A stretch of 60,680 nucleotides of DNA, counting the filler, from Barthelona sp. PAP020 (Eukaryota): the NCBI GenBank assembly GCA_040182905.1. It is 8 parts of 8 records of this genome, joined end to end, with 100 filler letters (N's around TTAATTAATTAA, not from the genome) between each part and the next. Parts side by side here need not be neighbours in the genome. Positions count along the whole stretch, not along the records: positions 1 to 7,620 come from JARQWU010000487.1; positions 7,721 to 15,259 come from JARQWU010000489.1; 6 more parts are not named here. One strand, written 5' to 3'. Below the pieces are notes generated by a model. It was not told the DNA's origin and ran no database searches. It saw nothing but the letters and a program-made list of their open reading frames with translations. Shown one piece after another: positions 1 to 9,182 of the stretch. Position 1 is the first letter of the stretch; the number at the start of each line of letters is the position of its first letter. Both the position numbers and the translations under genes were made by a program.

Positions 1-190
1 TAAAGAACCCTTGAGATTCCCACCATTGATACCAACCAGCTTCAACGAATTTCGGTGAAAAAGTAGATGGTGCTTCAACATCTATCGATTTTTTTTCACC
101 AGGTGTGATTTCTTCTGTATACTCAACTACAGGGTACGTAATCTGTAACCTTTTAGATGATTTTTTTCCACTATTGTCTGTTGAACTCAT
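1..190 (-). CDS. VARS1: Valyl-tRNA synthetase, 5' fragment running off the window start
   Basis: Not in the ORF track. ATG at 190 gives MSSTDNSGKK...TPGEKKSIDVEAPSTFSPKFVEAGWYQWWESQGFF, matching the eukaryotic ValRS N-terminal motif (TPPGEKK...YSPxxVEAAWYxWWExxGFF). Confidence 0.85.
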   Translation of the reverse strand, partial: MSSTDNSGKKSSKRLQITYPVVEYTEEITPGEKKSIDVEAPSTFSPKFVEAGWYQWWESQGFF

Positions 191-356
191 GAATTAAAAA
201 AATAAATTCTGAAAAAAATTCGAACATAAATTTCCACAATAAAATTCCCAATTTGCCTGTTTCAGTGCTTTGTGATATGCTGTGTATTTTTTTAAATTTA
301 TTATTTACTTGAAAACATATTAACGAATAATTTCAAAATAATTTAGGAAACTTGGA

Positions 357-3300
357 ATGAAGGAGACAGAAAAAATGAATGGATCAAATCATGTTTTTAA
401 AGTTAAAACATTGGAATTGATGGGCATTCGTAGTTTTAAACCATCAGAAGATGGATATCAAAAGATAAACTTTGATAATCCTTTGACAATTATTCAAGGA
501 GTAAATGGTGCCGGTAAAACCACAATTATTGAAGCTTTAAAGTATGCATGTACTGCCATATTACCTCCTTCAGTTGGAAATTATCGATATTTGTTTCTTA
601 ATAATTCAAATTCATCAGCTAATCGAGTGAATGCACGAGTTACTGTTTGTTTTGAAAGAGATCAAAAAGAAATTTACGGTGTTACTCGAAGAATGCGAGT
701 TCAAGGTTCCAAACGATCCTTTAGTTGCGTTGATAGTCAATATTTTCATTATGTGGATGGAAAACCTGAAAATTTATCTACATCTACCAAAGATATTAAT
801 TTAATGCTTCCAAACTTATTAGGATTAAACAGTGAAATATTGTCCAGCATTGTATTTTGTCATCAGGAGGCATCAACATGGCCTTTTGATAGTGATGTAG
901 TTGTTAAAAAAATATTTGATGAAATTTTTGCAACGTCAAGATTTGCATTGGCTTTAGATCATATTAAAGCACAAAAAAAGCATGCATCTCAAGAATTAAA
1001 AGAAGCACAAATACACTTACAGAATTTGACTGCCAGAAAAGATGTTTTAAAGTCTTTGCAGGAAGAAGCGAACAAGAACACAAAATTAATGGATGAAGCA
1101 AAGAATAAAAAACAAGAGCTATTGACTCGTTTACCCTTATTACAAGAGGAACAGGTTGATTTTAATCGAAAGAAAACTAAATATGATGAGAAAAAAACCG
1201 ATTACAATATGATGCAAGAAAAATTTAAAAATTTGAACAGTTGGATGAAAAGTGAAAGCCATACTCGTCGAAAATTTAAAGAAACTAATGAGGAATTACT
1301 TGAAATTTTGAATAAAAAAGACAAAATTAATGAAGAACAATCTGAAAAGATTAATCACTTGAAGGAGGAATTGTTGGAAATATCGACTGCGAAAAACACT
1401 TTAAATTTTGATAAATCAAGCATAGAACGTGAAATGACAAGCAGAAAAAATAGATATGATGAGTTGCAAAAGAAATTAAAATCTTATATTGATTGGTTAA
1501 GCAGCTTTTTATCAATTGAATCTTTTATTCCAACTGAAATTGAAGCTTTAAGAAAATATATTCAAGTTATTTTTGATTATGAAGATATTTTCAATAAAGA
1601 AATCAAATTAGCGGATGAAAAAGTTGACATTTGTACCAAAAAGCATCAACAACTATCGAATGAATTACATTCTGAGAAAGCTATTATTGAATTTGACGTT
1701 AAGAATTGTATGAATGCGTTGAAAAAGAATCATGAATTAATAATGGTGTTAAAGGAAGAACAAAGCCAAGTTGAAGATATTCCAAAGGAATTGGACAGAT
1801 TAAATTTGATTATTTTTGATTTAAACAAAGAATTGAATGCTTTGTGTGATGAATTATCAACCGTTGAAGAAAAATCATATGTGAATAAAATTTCTAAGTT
1901 TGAAGATGACATTCGAGAAAAAGAAAAGGAAAAAGAGATTCTTCGAGAAAAATTGTTTAACTTAAAAAATCTTGAAAAGGAATATGATGAATTTGTAAAA
2001 CAAACTGTTCAAAGAAGAGATTTCATTAAAAAATGTGAAATATCTACACGCAAAATTGTTGATTCAATTCCCAATCATGAAAGTATCAGTGATACTGAAG
2101 ATATGAACGAATTGATCAATTTTTGTGATGAAATGATTGTGAAATATGAAAAGAATATTGATAAAATTGTTAGTGACATGAATGAAATAAATACTGATCT
2201 TTCTTTAGCCAAAACAAGAAATGAGTTTTCAGAAAAATACGCTCATGTTGCCAAAACTAGTAAGAAATGTCCAGTATGTGATCGAAATTTTGATCATGAA
2301 CATGAAGTTGATGAATTTCTAACTTCATTAAAAACCACTGTAAATTTGGATCAATATAATCAATTGATACTGGAAAATCATCAAACAAAGCATGATTTGG
2401 AATTAAAAAAAGATATGGTTAAATTGTCAAAAACAAAATTGAAACAAATTGAAAATCGATTGACAGAAACTTTGGAAATAGTAATTAAGGAAATTGAAGA
2501 CCCAACAGATGATTTATTAAAAACGAAGAAAGATTTTGATGGTATGAAAGAAAAAATTGAAAAGATTACTGTTCAATTGAATAAAACAAAAAAAGAAGCT
2601 GCTGAAAACCAAAATCAAAAGCAAAAATTGAGGGAAAAACATTCAAATATTCTGTCTCAATTGCGAGAATTTGAAGCAAAAAAACATTCTGCAGAACAAA
2701 AATTTCAAAAAGATAATATTTTAGAAATAAATAAAAAAGAAAAGGAAATTGTTGAAATTGAACAGAAATTGGTAAAAAATCAAGAAAAATTAAGTTTGAT
2801 CAGTCAAAAAATCGAGGAAAAAATTCCAATTTTAAATATGGCAAAAGAGGAGGCAGAAAATTGGAAATATGTTTGGAAACAAAGAAAAGAAAGATATATG
2901 GAAGGTAGAAAAGCTCTAAGTGAAATAGCGCAAAATCCTTTACAAATAGAACCTTTGCAAGATAATCTGTCCAACATTTTATCTAAACTTTTAAAATTTG
3001 AAGAACGAGATGTTGAATTAAAGAAAGAATTGAATGAACATGAAATCACCAAGGCTAATTTCGACGGATACATTCGAGACATTGAAATATATTTGAGATA
3101 TGAAAATCATAAACAGAAACTTATTATTTTGAAAGAAGAAATGGATATTTTCCACAAAGAATTATCAACAGAAAGATTGGAAATAAAAAAATTGGCAAAT
3201 ATTGAAGATGAAATTGTCAAAATAAATTTGGAGATTGTTTCGGCTTCCAAAGAGATTGAAATTTATGAAAAAGTGCTTTTAAAGGCAAATGAAGAGATAA

Positions 3301-3941
3301 CAAAGCAATTACCTGTGCTTAGAAAGTATCGTGAAAAATTGGCAGATGTTGAAATTTATCAAAATTGTGTAAGTGATTTGAGTTCAAAGTTTAGTGCTTT
3401 GGATAGAGCATTATTATTGTATCACCAACAAAAAATGAAGGAAATAAATCAGATTTTGGATGAACTTTGGTATAAAACCTATTTGGGACAAGATATTGCT
3501 GGTATTCGTATAACTTCAGAAGCTACAGATTCTCAACAAAAAAGACATTACAACTATCGAGTTCAATTCAATGACCGTTTTGGAGTTAGTAATACAATGA
3601 AAGGCAGATGTTCAGCAGGCCAGAAAATGTTGGCTTCTATATTGATTCGTTTGGCCATAAGTCAAGCTTTTTCAATTAGATGTGGTGTTTTGGCTTTGGA
3701 TGAACCCACAACAAATCTTGACAAACAACATGTGGAGATGTTGGCCAGTAGCTTAGCTGCTTTGATTGATGATGATGACCAAAGAGTTCAATTGATTGTA
3801 ATCACGCATGATCATCAATTCATCAGAATGTTGAAGAGCAATTGTGATGCTCGTGGTGTGGAAGTCACAGACAGAGTTCATGAAGTTTATCACAATGATG
3901 AGAATTTTAGTCAGATTAGATTGTCGTCTATTACTGGTTGA
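357..3941 (+). CDS. RAD50: DNA repair ATPase RAD50
   Basis: Walker A GVNGAGKTT, IVFCHQE, long coiled coils with central zinc hook CPVC, signature CSAGQK, Walker B LALDEPT, H-loop ITHD. Confidence 0.97.
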   Translation: MKETEKMNGSNHVFKVKTLELMGIRSFKPSEDGYQKINFDNPLTIIQGVNGAGKTTIIEALKYACTAILPPSVGNYRYLFLNNSNSSANRVNARVTVCFERDQKEIYGVTRRMRVQGSKRSFSCVDSQYFHYVDGKPENLSTSTKDINLMLPNLLGLNSEILSSIVFCHQEASTWPFDSDVVVKKIFDEIFATSRFALALDHIKAQKKHASQELKEAQIHLQNLTARKDVLKSLQEEANKNTKLMDEAKNKKQELLTRLPLLQEEQVDFNRKKTKYDEKKTDYNMMQEKFKNLNSWMKSESHTRRKFKETNEELLEILNKKDKINEEQSEKINHLKEELLEISTAKNTLNFDKSSIEREMTSRKNRYDELQKKLKSYIDWLSSFLSIESFIPTEIEALRKYIQVIFDYEDIFNKEIKLADEKVDICTKKHQQLSNELHSEKAIIEFDVKNCMNALKKNHELIMVLKEEQSQVEDIPKELDRLNLIIFDLNKELNALCDELSTVEEKSYVNKISKFEDDIREKEKEKEILREKLFNLKNLEKEYDEFVKQTVQRRDFIKKCEISTRKIVDSIPNHESISDTEDMNELINFCDEMIVKYEKNIDKIVSDMNEINTDLSLAKTRNEFSEKYAHVAKTSKKCPVCDRNFDHEHEVDEFLTSLKTTVNLDQYNQLILENHQTKHDLELKKDMVKLSKTKLKQIENRLTETLEIVIKEIEDPTDDLLKTKKDFDGMKEKIEKITVQLNKTKKEAAENQNQKQKLREKHSNILSQLREFEAKKHSAEQKFQKDNILEINKKEKEIVEIEQKLVKNQEKLSLISQKIEEKIPILNMAKEEAENWKYVWKQRKERYMEGRKALSEIAQNPLQIEPLQDNLSNILSKLLKFEERDVELKKELNEHEITKANFDGYIRDIEIYLRYENHKQKLIILKEEMDIFHKELSTERLEIKKLANIEDEIVKINLEIVSASKEIEIYEKVLLKANEEITKQLPVLRKYREKLADVEIYQNCVSDLSSKFSALDRALLLYHQQKMKEINQILDELWYKTYLGQDIAGIRITSEATDSQQKRHYNYRVQFNDRFGVSNTMKGRCSAGQKMLASILIRLAISQAFSIRCGVLALDEPTTNLDKQHVEMLASSLAALIDDDDQRVQLIVITHDHQFIRMLKSNCDARGVEVTDRVHEVYHNDENFSQIRLSSITG

Positions 3942-4116
3942 TCATTACTTTGTTTCAATTCATACACGTAAACAAGGTTTAAAACATTTTTTTTTTTTAA
4001 ATATGTCTTTTACAAAATAGAATCCAGTGTATTTCACCTGCTTTGTTATTAGCAAAGAAAAGACAAAAAATAAAATTGGATTTGTTTATGAAAAAAATTG
4101 AACATTGAATATTCAA

Positions 4117-7100
4117 TTATTCATTAAAAATAAAGCTTAAAGCATTTTCTTTTTTCATAGCCAAAGGATTAGAAACTGTTTGAGACAAAGTGCTGTCTAA
4201 AACAACAAAAGGATTTCTCAATTGATTGTGTTTTGCAGCAGAATCTTTTCTGAATATATCTCTGGCAGTTCCATCAAACTTGGCATAAATAATAATGTTT
4301 CCAAGGTTGTAAAGTGTCATAATGAATTGGAAAAGAATAAGGAAGAAAACCAACATGCAGAAACTTTCATAGGAATCAGATTCACGGATGGAAGTGTCCA
4401 ACACTGAACAGAAATAGAAACCAAGAATGATTATAATAGTGAAAATGTTTGTGGTTTGGATTTGATGACAAGATTTTTCATGATAGAAATGCATGCGAAC
4501 ATGAATTACAAGAAGAACTGCAGTAAGCAACAACAAAATTACTTGTTGCATCAATAGGTTCTTATTAAATAAGAAACCTAAGACTACAAATAGAACAGCA
4601 TACACGCTATAAACAAGGTCATATTTCAAAGTGAAATTCTTATACATGTTAGAAATGGAGAAATATGGTTCTATTTCATCATTGTCATTTGACATACTCA
4701 TATCCTTTTGAATAGATTTCGATTTATCACCATAATCCTTTCGATATTTCATTAATTTGTAAACAATAAAAATAAATCCAGGTACTGAAAAACCTAACAA
4801 TTTGTAATATTCACTTGAAAACATTTGAATGAAGGGGAAACTGGACAATACCCATTCATTATTAATGTTTTTGAAACCAATAACTTCTAAACATGCAACA
4901 GCCAAAGGTATCAGTAAGATGTATTGAACAGCTTGTGAAAAGTTTGACAATTTGTTTGACTTGAAAGAGAAAGCAAATGAAGCAAATAGAATCATATACA
5001 ATACACCAATACGAACATAAGGTGTAACGGTTTCATTTAGAATACATGTCAATAAATCTCCATGACCAATATCAATGAAGACCTCAGACAACACAACAAA
5101 AAGTCCATGTAACATTGTTGTCAATTGAACAGCGGATAATTTTTGAATAACTGCCAATATTTGACACATACGAATAAATGGTAAATAAACACCAGAATAA
5201 ATAAATCTCTTCTTTCCATCATTGAAAACAACAATCAAAATTGATATAAACACAATTGAAGATAAAGCCATTCCACCAACTGTGGTTGTTAACGATGGAC
5301 ACTTGGTGCACTTAGGTGCAAAATAAATGTAATCATCAGCACAAATAGAGCAACCAGGCCCACTAAAACCTTCAAGACATTCTCCATATTGTAAATTGAT
5401 ATCATTACTGTCAGAATCACAAGTACCAAGACATCCACTTGAAGGACATTCTTCAACATCTCCATTTTTGGTAACATAATAACCTTCTTGAATACAAGTT
5501 ACATTTCCACCAAAGCATTTCATACCAGTTGGACACACGGAACAAACACCCTCTTCAAATTCAAAGAGATCTCCAAGACATTGACAAGACATTCTGTCTT
5601 CAGCCGCAACCATATTCAATCCACATTTATCACATTGAGTGCTTCCAGGAACAGTATTGTAAGCATCACTTCCACAACGTTCACATCCATCCATTCCTTC
5701 AATTCTATAAGTACCAGCAGAACATGCAGTACATTCTGTGGAACCTTCACTGTTGGTCCAATAACCTTCGCCACAAGGTGTACAAGCATGAGATGAGGCA
5801 GTGGGTGCAACAGTGCCCAATGGACATTGTTGACATTTACCATCATAAACACCCTCACCAATTTCACAAACAATGATTTCAACATACACAGATGTTGAAG
5901 CAAGACCAGCACCTTCAATTACAAGTTCATGTAAAGCAGGAGTACCTGTGACGATCATTTCTGATAGACTGCCCACACCATTAAGTGTTTCAACTGTTGT
6001 TGTTCCTTTGATGGCAATATTGCTTGTTGGAACAATACCAACAAATCTAGGAATATCATTTTTGATTAATTGACCAAAACCATCACTGATTCCAATATCA
6101 ATTGTATGTATAGGATCAGAAAGAGTATCAGAATCATCAGTTGTCAATGTAGCATTTAAGAATCGAGGATCAGACGTGAAACTATTCCCAAATGAACCAG
6201 CTACATTATTTGAGTTTACATTGTTTGCAATATTGGGCAATTCATCGAAATTGGAGAAGAATACACCACCAATCTCACCAGCAACATTTGTACTGAAAGC
6301 ACAATTAGAAATAGCTGACAAATTAGATAATACTTGATTGAAATCATTTTCGTAAAATTTGTACAGTTGTAGAATATCATTAGTGCTTTCATAATCCTCT
6401 AAAAGTTCTTCTTCAACAATTGTGAAAACACCACCAATAATGCCAGCTTCATTATTAATAAATTCACTGTTTTCCACATTAATTTCATTATAAGTTGAAA
6501 ACACAACGCCACCGAACAACTGTGCATTATTATTTTCGAACTTACTGTCAGCAATGTTAACCGAACCACAAGTTGCAATGACGCCTCCATACTTCGCGGA
6601 TTTACAATTTTTAAATGTCGAATTCACAATATTGATGTTTGGTAAATTCTTTACAAAAGCTGTACCAACAATTGGTGCCAAACTGGCATTTATCTTAACA
6701 AATTCAACATTGTTAAACAAGAGATCTCCTCCACTGATGAGCAAACCTTCGGATGAAGTTTTGATATCCTTCAAAATTGAATCATTAAATGTCACAGAAG
6801 TATTATAGGCAACTAAAACATGATTATTTTCAATTGAATTAATTAAACAATCGTTAAATACAACATTGCTATGTTTACTTATCATCATAGCATTAGAAAT
6901 ATCCATGTTGGTCAAAGACCAATTATTCAGAGTGAGCGTAGAATGTAATGCTCTGAAAATATCACTTTCTGTCACAGTTTCACCATCAACATATACGTTT
7001 GAAATGATCAAGTTACTGTCATCACTGACAATCATATTTGAAAAGCTTGAAAGAGCTCCAGTACTTTCAAAATGTATTAATGCATTTGAACTTTGTGTAT

Positions 7101-7620
7101 GTATTAACGAATCTATCTTTAAATCACTCAAGGAGACGTTCTTCAAAGAAACGTCAGAATGCTCAAGAACAAAACCAATCAGATTTTTGTCATTGCATTC
7201 ACTAATTCTAACTTCGTTTACAATTAAATTTGTTGAATATCCATTAAACAGACCAAGTTCAGAGTTAATCAAGTTTTTGAAAAAAAGTTTTTCAATGAAA
7301 ATTCGAGATCTTTGAGCTTCGATTGCTTTTCTAAATGAAGATTTATTCACAGACACAGATGTTATGTTAACAATGGAAGATTGAATTTGAATTGCTTGAT
7401 TTGAATAAGGAGAACCATTTTCAATGGTAATATTTTCCATTTTGATAACAGAGTTTTTGATATCAATACAATCCTTACAATTGGTCAAAGTAATTCCAGA
7501 AAGACTTACTTCTTTACTCATTCCAATACTATATATCATAACTGGACGAACATATTTATCACAATCAATAACAACACCTTCATCTGCTGTAATACTTATG
7601 TCATTATGGATTAATTTGAT
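4117..7620 (-). CDS. Large surface membrane protein: beta-helix/PMP-like repeats, Cys-rich GCC2/GCC3-like repeats and a multi-pass TM C-terminus; 5'-truncated
   Basis: Frame stays open from the contig edge (7620) past the track ATG at 7539. FxNNxA...GG repeats, CxxCPxGT-type repeats and about 7-9 hydrophobic segments. Confidence 0.8.
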   Translation of the reverse strand: MKLIHNDISITADEGVVIDCDKYVRPVMIYSIGMSKEVSLSGITLTNCKDCIDIKNSVIKMENITIENGSPYSNQAIQIQSSIVNITSVSVNKSSFRKAIEAQRSRIFIEKLFFKNLINSELGLFNGYSTNLIVNEVRISECNDKNLIGFVLEHSDVSLKNVSLSDLKIDSLIHTQSSNALIHFESTGALSSFSNMIVSDDSNLIISNVYVDGETVTESDIFRALHSTLTLNNWSLTNMDISNAMMISKHSNVVFNDCLINSIENNHVLVAYNTSVTFNDSILKDIKTSSEGLLISGGDLLFNNVEFVKINASLAPIVGTAFVKNLPNINIVNSTFKNCKSAKYGGVIATCGSVNIADSKFENNNAQLFGGVVFSTYNEINVENSEFINNEAGIIGGVFTIVEEELLEDYESTNDILQLYKFYENDFNQVLSNLSAISNCAFSTNVAGEIGGVFFSNFDELPNIANNVNSNNVAGSFGNSFTSDPRFLNATLTTDDSDTLSDPIHTIDIGISDGFGQLIKNDIPRFVGIVPTSNIAIKGTTTVETLNGVGSLSEMIVTGTPALHELVIEGAGLASTSVYVEIIVCEIGEGVYDGKCQQCPLGTVAPTASSHACTPCGEGYWTNSEGSTECTACSAGTYRIEGMDGCERCGSDAYNTVPGSTQCDKCGLNMVAAEDRMSCQCLGDLFEFEEGVCSVCPTGMKCFGGNVTCIQEGYYVTKNGDVEECPSSGCLGTCDSDSNDINLQYGECLEGFSGPGCSICADDYIYFAPKCTKCPSLTTTVGGMALSSIVFISILIVVFNDGKKRFIYSGVYLPFIRMCQILAVIQKLSAVQLTTMLHGLFVVLSEVFIDIGHGDLLTCILNETVTPYVRIGVLYMILFASFAFSFKSNKLSNFSQAVQYILLIPLAVACLEVIGFKNINNEWVLSSFPFIQMFSSEYYKLLGFSVPGFIFIVYKLMKYRKDYGDKSKSIQKDMSMSNDNDEIEPYFSISNMYKNFTLKYDLVYSVYAVLFVVLGFLFNKNLLMQQVILLLLTAVLLVIHVRMHFYHEKSCHQIQTTNIFTIIIILGFYFCSVLDTSIRESDSYESFCMLVFFLILFQFIMTLYNLGNIIIYAKFDGTARDIFRKDSAAKHNQLRNPFVVLDSTLSQTVSNPLAMKKENALSFIFNE

Positions 7621-7720
7621 NNNNNNNNNNNNNNNNNNNNNNNNNNNNNNNNNNNNNNNNNNNNTTAATTAATTAANNNNNNNNNNNNNNNNNNNNNNNN
7701 NNNNNNNNNNNNNNNNNNNN
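7621..7720. other. Artificial contig linker
   Basis: 100-nt N-run with a central TTAATTAATTAA (stops in all six frames). Confidence 0.97.
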
Positions 7721-7874
7721 ATTGGATAAACTATTCAATTCTGAAGCAGATATTACACTGATATTGGGATTCTTCACAGTGATTTGTGTTGGACGTGAAA
7801 ATAAACTTTCATCAACATCTATATGTTAGATACGATATTATAAATTTCTATGGCATACAAGTTGAAGAATACAT
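7721..7874 (-). CDS. CFAP45: CFAP45/FAP45-like ciliary protein, spliced 5' fragment (exons 7874-7859 and 7818-7721)
   Basis: A 40-nt intron GTATGC...TCTAACATATAG (7858-7819) joins ATG TAT TCT TCA ACT T|AT GTT to give MYSSTYVDESLFSRPTQITVKNPNISVISASELNSLSN. VDESLF is the N-terminal motif I recall from CFAP45. Confidence 0.6.
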
Positions 7875-8176
7875 GTTTGATTGAATAAAAAATGTTTTCA
7901 AATTCAATTTTCTCTTTGACATCAAAATGTGACTTTTTCTTTATTGATATGCACATATACATGTGAGATTTTAAAGAGTATTGAAGAAAGGTACGCTGTC
8001 AACCACTTATCACAGATTTTTTCAGACCTTTTGTTTATTTTTGTTTTATAAATATTCACTTTCTCATTCTTTTGATTATTATTGTTTATTTTTATATCAA
8101 TAAAATATGTTTAAGTAATTTTATTGAAAAAGAAGTGAATTGAGATGAGAAAACCATTTTTCAATTATTTTTTCCA

Positions 8177-8614
8177 ATGTCAACACTTTCACGACTTTCT
8201 TTCCAAATCATTGGTTCTGATGATTCTGCTTTATTTCAATTAAATACGACAAATAATTTACCACTTGAAGATGATGGATTTGGTGATTTTGTTGTACATT
8301 CCAGTATTGATATTATTGAGGAAATACAAGCTAATACATCGAAAATGTTTTTAAAATGTGTCGATCAATTTCAAAATAAATTTGTTTATGCTTATGTAAC
8401 TGCCAATCACACAAAATTTATTTTATTATATTCAACAACTGATTCAATTAAGCCTAATTCCAGAACAGAAGAAAATATAAAAAATTTCTTCATGGAAACT
8501 CATGAAGCATATGTAAAGGCATTGTTAAATCCGTTAAACATACCAAATTCAAGATTAGAAAATCATTCATTTGTAGCTAAGATACAGAATTTAGTGAGAA
8601 AGCACATACTGTAA
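8177..8614 (+). CDS. TRAPPC2: TRAPP complex subunit 2 (sedlin/Trs20)
   Basis: MFLKCVDQF...VYAYVTANHTKFILL...IKNFFMETHEAYVKALLNP is typical of the sedlin family. Confidence 0.9.
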   Translation: MSTLSRLSFQIIGSDDSALFQLNTTNNLPLEDDGFGDFVVHSSIDIIEEIQANTSKMFLKCVDQFQNKFVYAYVTANHTKFILLYSTTDSIKPNSRTEENIKNFFMETHEAYVKALLNPLNIPNSRLENHSFVAKIQNLVRKHIL

Positions 8615-8678
8615 TTGACTATGATTGTATCCATAAAGTGTTTCATTTCATCTTTTTTTTTCTTGCAATAATAAAACA

Positions 8679-9020
8679 CGAACTTTACAACTCAATGGTT
8701 TGGGAGAAAAGAATCAACCCATGAAAGAAACGACTAGATGTAAGGGAACCTCCACGGCTCTCAAAATTAAAAAAGAAGAGAACCGCTGTTATCCGGAAAT
8801 TTGACTGCCTAGCTTCTTATTCAGCGAACGACTGGGAGCACCGATGTCTCAGCACCACTTCCTCAGGGTACTGCAAGAGTATGGCTGCGTGGCTTTAGAA
8901 TAAAGAAGCTAAGATTTTAAATTCTTCCACAAATTAGACTTGACCACTAATCGGAATCAACCAAAGGTTAATTCCTTTAGGAGTTGAAAATTTGGTTTTC
9001 CGCAAGAAAAAACCCCCTTG
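8679..9020 (+). ncRNA. Putative structured non-coding RNA of unknown class
   Basis: GC-enriched, ORF-free island. Closing stem 8679-8693/8981-8994; 13-bp stem 8810-8822/8898-8911 enclosing two hairpins; a 3' hairpin followed by a T-run. Confidence 0.5.
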
Positions 9021-9182
9021 TCACAAATTGTATTTTTTTTTTTGGTTTTTCTTTTTTTGCATTTTTTTAATGGTTAAATTTATTTATGAAAATTAAAAAA
9101 AAAAAAAAAGAATGTAAAATATAAAAAGAGGATGTAAAAGAAAAAAACTAAATCTATTTACAAAAACAAAAATAAAGCAAAA

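Noticed and set aside
7665..7676. TTAATTAATTAA palindrome recurring about every 7.5 kb
   Set aside because: Always centred in a 100-nt N-run; an assembly or concatenation linker, not biology.
8725..8745. AACGACTAGATG (and AGAGACTG in the repeat) resembling the group I intron R/P7 element
   Set aside because: No matching S element (AAGAUAUAGUC) or P7' partner downstream, and no interrupted host gene.
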